DNA from: Planctomycetes bacterium UBA1146
GTDB taxonomy: Bacteria; Planctomycetota; UBA8108
Direction of reading: 5' to 3'
DNA: 64,000 nucleotides
Assembly: GCA_963579555.1 (NCBI GenBank)
Contig: CAUZHA010000010.1
Span: 133-64,132, forward strand
This document shows positions 59,862 through 64,000 of the stretch, in pieces. How positions within the stretch are numbered: the first letter of the stretch is position 1; each line of letters starts with the position of its first letter. The notes beneath the pieces are model-generated. The model searched no databases and was not told where the DNA came from. It saw only the letters and a program-made list of their open reading frames with translations. Position numbers and translations under genes: made by a program.

Positions 59862-60213
59862 CCTCGAAGAGATAGCCCTCCGGGGTCTCGAAGAAGAAGC
59901 GCTGATGGGGTGTCTCGCGCAGGGGCTCGACGAGGCGGGCGCCATTGTCCGCCAGGCGTTGCTTGAGCGCGTCAAAATCGTCAAGGCCATGAAAGAGAGC
60001 GATGTGGCGGCCGAACTCTTTTTCATGCTCCGAGATCTCGAAGTCGTCAACCCGCACCAGGTGCATCTGTTGTCCCGGGCCGATCTCCAGCCAGCAGAGG
60101 TCGCGGGGAGAGTTGTCCGGGGTCTCTACCTGGCTGTAGCCCATGGTGGCCTCGAAGAAGGCTCCTGTTTTCTGCGGGTTCCTTGTGGCGAGGGTGAAGT
60201 GAGCGAACGACAT
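59845..60213 (-). CDS. VOC / glyoxalase-family protein
   Basis: HFTLAT, QMHL, HIAL and RFFFETPEGYLFEVIE; start at MSFAH (60213). Confidence 0.88.
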   Translation of the reverse strand: MSFAHFTLATRNPQKTGAFFEATMGYSQVETPDNSPRDLCWLEIGPGQQMHLVRVDDFEISEHEKEFGRHIALFHGLDDFDALKQRLADNGARLVEPLRETPHQRFFFETPEGYLFEVIESP

Positions 60214-60223
60214 GGATGGTCTC

Positions 60224-60706
60224 TCAGCCTTTTTCTTTCGGCTGCGTGTTTTTGAGTCGGAAGCGGAAGTCGCAGTGGGGGGCGCCTTCCATGATGGTCT
60301 GCGAGCGCTCAAGCTCGAGCTCGGAGCTGACCCCCTCGCTCAGGGCGAAGTCCCTGTTGCAGGAGAGGAGACGGCCCAGCTCGGGGGCGCCCAGCTCCTC
60401 GTAAAACTCCGCGAAGCGGCAGCGGGTGACGTTGAATTCATAGCTGGATGCATCCTCCTTCAGGACCTCGATTTCCAGGGCGTCTCCTTCGTTGAATCGC
60501 GGCACCAGGGCCGTTACTTTTTCTATCGGCGTCCCCTCCAGCTCTTCTCCGATGGTCTTGCCATCGCGCCTGGCGAGCTTCCTGATCACCTTGCCCACGA
60601 GAGCATGGGTCTTCTCTCTCCCGAACTCGGCCTCGAAGGCCTTGATCAGGGGGGCGAGCACCTGCGCTTCTATTTTTCTCTTTTCCAGCAGGGGCAGGTG
60701 TTTCAT
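60224..60706 (-). CDS. L-2-amino-thiazoline-4-carboxylic acid hydrolase-family (ATC_hydrolase-like) protein
   Basis: KRKIEAQVLAP, FNVTRCRFAEFY, LSCNRD and RSQTIMEGAPHCDFRF motifs. Confidence 0.88.
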   Translation of the reverse strand: MKHLPLLEKRKIEAQVLAPLIKAFEAEFGREKTHALVGKVIRKLARRDGKTIGEELEGTPIEKVTALVPRFNEGDALEIEVLKEDASSYEFNVTRCRFAEFYEELGAPELGRLLSCNRDFALSEGVSSELELERSQTIMEGAPHCDFRFRLKNTQPKEKG

Positions 60707-60773
60707 GAGTTGGTTTTCATCGTTCGGACCCGGTTCCTGTCAGCGGGATGCTCAAGAGGCCAGCTGGAGGGTC

Positions 60774-62036
60774 CTACCTGCTGATCTTCAGCGTTGTCGG
60801 CCGGGCCGTGATCTTCAGGCCGGCAATCGTGACCAGCCCGTCGGCAGAGGTCTTGCCTTCACCCTTCATGCCGCCAAAAGACCATTTGAAGGTCTCGCCT
60901 GGTTTGAGCGACAGGTCCTGGATTCTGCGCAGAGAGACATCCGCGTTCGATTCTCCTGGTATCTCGAAGCTGGTCTTGAGCTGTTCCGGGGTCAGGAGGA
61001 AGAGCGACATCTCGAGCTGATGGTTCTCATCGCGGATGTTCTTCCAGCGGAAGAACGCGTTGACCTGGCCGGAGGCCTTGTTGCGCACGTCGTTCGGCCA
61101 CGGCAGCTTATCGTTGGTCGAGGCATTGGTGAAAATGGGATAGGCTTCGTTCTTCCTGACCTCAAGCCAGTCGAAAGAGTTGATCAGGTCGTTGACCTTG
61201 CTGATCTTCGCGTGGTTGTTGGCGTGACCGAATGGTCCCCAATAGAAGAACACGGCGTAGCTCCGGTCATTCATGGACTTCGCGAAGAGGTCATGGCCGG
61301 CGGACCAGCCGTCGTTCTGGGCGGAATAGTTGATCACGACCGGGGGGTCGGGGAGCTTGACATCCTGCGGAGCAGGCTGGGGAGGGAAGCCCATACGATG
61401 GGAGACGTGCTCGATCCCGGCGGGAACATTGGCCTTGATCGCCGCGAAGATATCGCCGCGGCGCATCCCGATTCCGAGCGTCCCGCTGCCGCCCATCGAG
61501 TTTCCGCAGAGATACACGCGGTTCTTGTCGATCTGGTATTTGCTGATGACCCAACGGACCGTGTCGAGCACACGTTTTTCCACCGGGGCAGGGTTCGCCC
61601 CGGAGTTTTTCTTTGTGAGACGAGCGTCCCTTCGATGCATGCCGCCCCACCACCAGTCGCCGCGGTTGGCGCGACAGTCGAGATAGAGCGCGTAGAAGTC
61701 ATCCGGCGAGCGATAGATGTCGTGATTGCCGACAGTGCGTGTGCACTGCACGCACGAGATGACATCGTGCCCGGCCGAATGAAGGACTACGTAAAGTCGC
61801 GCCTGCTCCTGGGCCTTCTTCGGATGGATCACGACAAAGGTATCCCGCTGGGGCGCCTTGTATCCCCACTCTGGCTTTACCCCATGCTGAAAGACCTCCA
61901 ACTGTCTTCCGCTGGCCGTCGGGTTCTTGAGCCGCTTGCCTTTGTCCGTCAGGTCTTTCGCTGGCGGCCAGTCTTTCTCTTCTGCAAAGAGCGGTAGCGA
62001 TGCCGCCAGGAGAAGTGCGATCCATGCCCGTTTCAT
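60774..62036 (-). CDS. Secreted alpha/beta-hydrolase-fold protein (esterase-like)
   Basis: Signal peptide; YVVLHSAG; IDKNRVYLCGNSMGGSG nucleophile elbow; FFYWGPFGH. Confidence 0.75.
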   Translation of the reverse strand: MKRAWIALLLAASLPLFAEEKDWPPAKDLTDKGKRLKNPTASGRQLEVFQHGVKPEWGYKAPQRDTFVVIHPKKAQEQARLYVVLHSAGHDVISCVQCTRTVGNHDIYRSPDDFYALYLDCRANRGDWWWGGMHRRDARLTKKNSGANPAPVEKRVLDTVRWVISKYQIDKNRVYLCGNSMGGSGTLGIGMRRGDIFAAIKANVPAGIEHVSHRMGFPPQPAPQDVKLPDPPVVINYSAQNDGWSAGHDLFAKSMNDRSYAVFFYWGPFGHANNHAKISKVNDLINSFDWLEVRKNEAYPIFTNASTNDKLPWPNDVRNKASGQVNAFFRWKNIRDENHQLEMSLFLLTPEQLKTSFEIPGESNADVSLRRIQDLSLKPGETFKWSFGGMKGEGKTSADGLVTIAGLKITARPTTLKISR

Positions 62037-62124
62037 TTTGATTCTTTCTTTTTGGCTGTAGGAAGAAGGGCCGCCTCTGCTTTGTTTCGCCCGGGTGCGG
62101 TTACTCGTCTGGCTGCTGTAAAGC

Positions 62125-62295
62125 TCAGCTGTTCCTGAGTTCGGTGAGCGCGCCCTCCACCTGCTCTACCTCTGAGCTCAGGCGCTCCACCTCTCCGGGT
62201 TCATCGGTCTGCTTCTTCGCGCCGGCGAGCTGCCTTCTCAGGCTGTCGAGTTTCTTTCTCAGCACCTCGATCTTCTTCTTGATTTTTTTATTCAC
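62125..62295 (-). CDS. 56-aa basic coiled-coil protein, below the ORF-track cut-off
   Basis: GTG start; translation (M)NKKIKKKIEVLRKKLDSLRRQLAGAKKQTDEPGEVERLSSEVEQVEGALTELRNS; heptad pattern; fills an otherwise empty gap. Confidence 0.7.
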   Translation of the reverse strand: MNKKIKKKIEVLRKKLDSLRRQLAGAKKQTDEPGEVERLSSEVEQVEGALTELRNS

Positions 62296-62414
62296 GGTTA
62301 GGCTTGGCTCCAGGTAAAGGGTTTATTCCCTCTGCGTTCATCGGCTAAAGTCTTGCGCAGGCAGCGAGAGAAACTTGTTTTCAAAAGTAACTCCAACAGT
62401 TGGGTCGAGATCCG

Positions 62415-62642
62415 GTGATTCCTAAGAAGCTCTACAAGATCGGCGAGGTCATGCGGTATACCGGCCTCACCCGCCAGACCATCCATAACTATACGACCTT
62501 CGGACTTATAACAGAAGCTGAGCGTACAGAGTCGGGTCACCGTTTGTACAGCGAGAAGGTGTTTCCCAGGATCGAGCGGATCATCAAGCTCAAGGACGAG
62601 GGCCGGAGTCTCAGGGAAATCGTCATCCTTCTCAACAGGTGA
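62415..62642 (+). CDS. Stand-alone MerR-type HTH protein
   Basis: YKIGEV...GLTRQTIHNY...GLI...RTESGHRLYS; probable GTG start at 62415. Confidence 0.9.
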   Translation: MIPKKLYKIGEVMRYTGLTRQTIHNYTTFGLITEAERTESGHRLYSEKVFPRIERIIKLKDEGRSLREIVILLNR

Positions 62643-62944
62643 GAGCGGGGTCTCTTCTGGGCGGCGGGAATCGCTTGGCGGGGGGGCTCTCTCTCTCCCC
62701 GTCAAAGAGCCGTCGATGGTCCGATAATTCTTTTTCCGGTCCGATTTCCTGGCGATCCCGGCTCGGCTGGTCGTTTTCGAGGCCCGGGGGTTGTCACGGC
62801 ACCAAAGTCACAAGGGATAGTGGCTTATTTATCCCTCCACAACACTCCATTGTGCTTTGAAACAGCGTGTTTTAAGGAACAGTAAGGAATGCGTAACTAC
62901 TTTTATTTAAATAGCTTGGATAAAATCAAATTCCGAAAATGTGC

Positions 62945-62973
62945 TTTACATTTTATAAACCAATTTTTATATT
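62945..62973 (+). promoter_or_regulatory. Sigma70 promoter in an AT-rich island upstream of the FliF-like gene
   Basis: TTTACA-N17-TATATT, preceded by an AT-rich UP-like tract. Confidence 0.65.
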
Positions 62974-63324
62974 CGGCTCTACCTGACTGGGCGGAACATT
63001 TCCGGATGTTCTGATGCCCTTGGGACGCGGCCACAGGAGAGTTAGCCGTTTGCTCGAGAAATGAAGAGAAAGAAACCAATCCCTCTACCGGTCAGGGGAC
63101 AATGGGGTTCGGGGCGGCCAGCAAGGGGCCTGCCACGAGTCCCGAAGGAAAGAATGTGGAAAAGGAAATAATGCAGAGGGGAGGACGAACCCGGTCAGTT
63201 AACTGCCGTGTCTGTCCAATGTTATTTCCTTTTCCTTTCTTTTTTCCGGCCACCGCCGGGAGCGCCGTTCACCAGGATGAACAGCGGGACATGAGAACCG
63301 GGCAAGGGGGCTGAGCAGGGAAAA

Positions 63325-64000
63325 TTGAGCACTTTGTGGCGGAATTGGAGTTCGGGTCAGCGGATATCAGTCGTGGTCGTTTTCGCCACGCTGGTGGGCT
63401 TGTTCCTGTGGAGCTACACAGCGGGGAGAGCAGAGACCTGGAAGGTGCTGCTTGAGACCAGGCTGGGGCGCAATTCCGATGGGCTGCGTGAGCTCCTCGC
63501 TCGGATGGATAAAGAGGAGATCCCCTGGCAGCTGAACCAGAAAACCGATGGACGTAAATTCGATATCCAGGTTCGTTCAGGAGATGACTATAAAAAAGCC
63601 CTTCTGCTGGCCTCTGAAAACGGCCTGGTCGACGAGGAGGGGGACTCGGAAGACCGGGGATTCTTCGGTGGCGGACTGACTGATACTCCGGAGAGCATCC
63701 GCCTGAGGCTGGAGCAGGTAAAGATTCGCAAGGTGGAGAAGGCCATTCGCTGCCACCCCGGGATCTCCTTTGCCGACCTGGTGATCAAGCATGGCAAGTC
63801 CGGCAGGTTCGCAACTGATCGGGACACTCCCGATACGGCGGTCGTTCTCCTGCGGATGAGGGATTCAACCGCCCGCCTGGTGACGAGAGAGGCGGAGACG
63901 ATCCGCAAGCTGGTTGGCAGCGCGTTTGCCATTGAGGTCGGGAGGATCCAGATTGTCGACAGCAATATGCGGGAGTACCCCGGCGGCCCAGATGGCCTTG
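63325..64000 (+). CDS. FliF/YscJ-family ring-building protein (flagellar M-ring-like), truncated by the window end
   Basis: Open frame to the window end: LWRNWSSGQRI, TM helix, then LLLASENGL...FFGGGLTDT...VEKAIR...F...TAVVLL...IRKLVGSA...IQIVDSN, matching the FliF/SctJ RBM pattern. Absent from the ORF track because no stop lies in the window; start uncertain (TTG 63325 or 63334). Confidence 0.8.
   Translation, partial: MSTLWRNWSSGQRISVVVVFATLVGLFLWSYTAGRAETWKVLLETRLGRNSDGLRELLARMDKEEIPWQLNQKTDGRKFDIQVRSGDDYKKALLLASENGLVDEEGDSEDRGFFGGGLTDTPESIRLRLEQVKIRKVEKAIRCHPGISFADLVIKHGKSGRFATDRDTPDTAVVLLRMRDSTARLVTREAETIRKLVGSAFAIEVGRIQIVDSNMREYPGGPDGL

Noticed and set aside
62985-63045. c-di-GMP-I (GEMM) riboswitch upstream of the FliF-like gene
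   Set aside because: GGGC..AAC and UGGGACGC echo the motif, but the GCAAA, GAAA tetraloop and receptor elements are not present; retained only as an unassigned hairpin.
63102-63314. 70-aa ORF in the leader upstream of the FliF-like gene
   Set aside because: Non-coding-like composition (poly-Phe/Pro from a pyrimidine tract), weak codon bias and no recognisable motif.
63277-63324. ATG AAC AGC GGG ACA TGA GAA..., a second in-frame TGA upstream of the FliF-like frame
   Set aside because: No Cys-type motif context, no downstream hairpin seen, and TTG starts at 63325/63334 explain the gene without readthrough.

Overview
64-kb, GC-rich, densely coding bacterial chromosomal segment, most consistent with an uncultured Planctomycetota (inferred from gene content: PQQ-type beta-propeller/methyltransferase fusions, DUF1501, DUF1570-like peptidase, lamin-tail/CotH/dockerin proteins, DUF6807). 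I see no rRNA, tRNA, CRISPR array or intact mobile element. Housekeeping and metabolic genes include glnD-glnB, ftsH, lipB, nth, miaE, a ferredoxin-type sulfite/nitrite reductase, an E2 acyltransferase, an aldehyde dehydrogenase, SSS and TonB transporters, and a FliF/YscJ-like gene cut by the window end. The best discovery candidate is missing from the ORF track. At 23098-23346 (minus strand) an 82-codon gene encodes signal peptide + C-V-M-(UGA) + one TM helix. The in-frame UGA sits at the second Cys position of a CxxC motif, and a hairpin follows whose GGU loop starts 18 nt after the UGA, the same register as the E. coli fdhF SECIS. This points to a small CxxU selenoprotein, possibly of an undescribed family, apparently on a leaderless mRNA. 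selABCD are not in the window, so this remains an inference. Other leads: a HEAT-repeat pseudo-hydrolase lacking both catalytic Ser and His, tandem CotH kinases with swapped sugar-binding cassettes, a candidate nucleoid-associated protein, a frameshifted SDR, a DUF1501 remnant splitting an operon, and recurrent leaderless promoters. Family assignments come from motif recognition by eye; no database searches were run.
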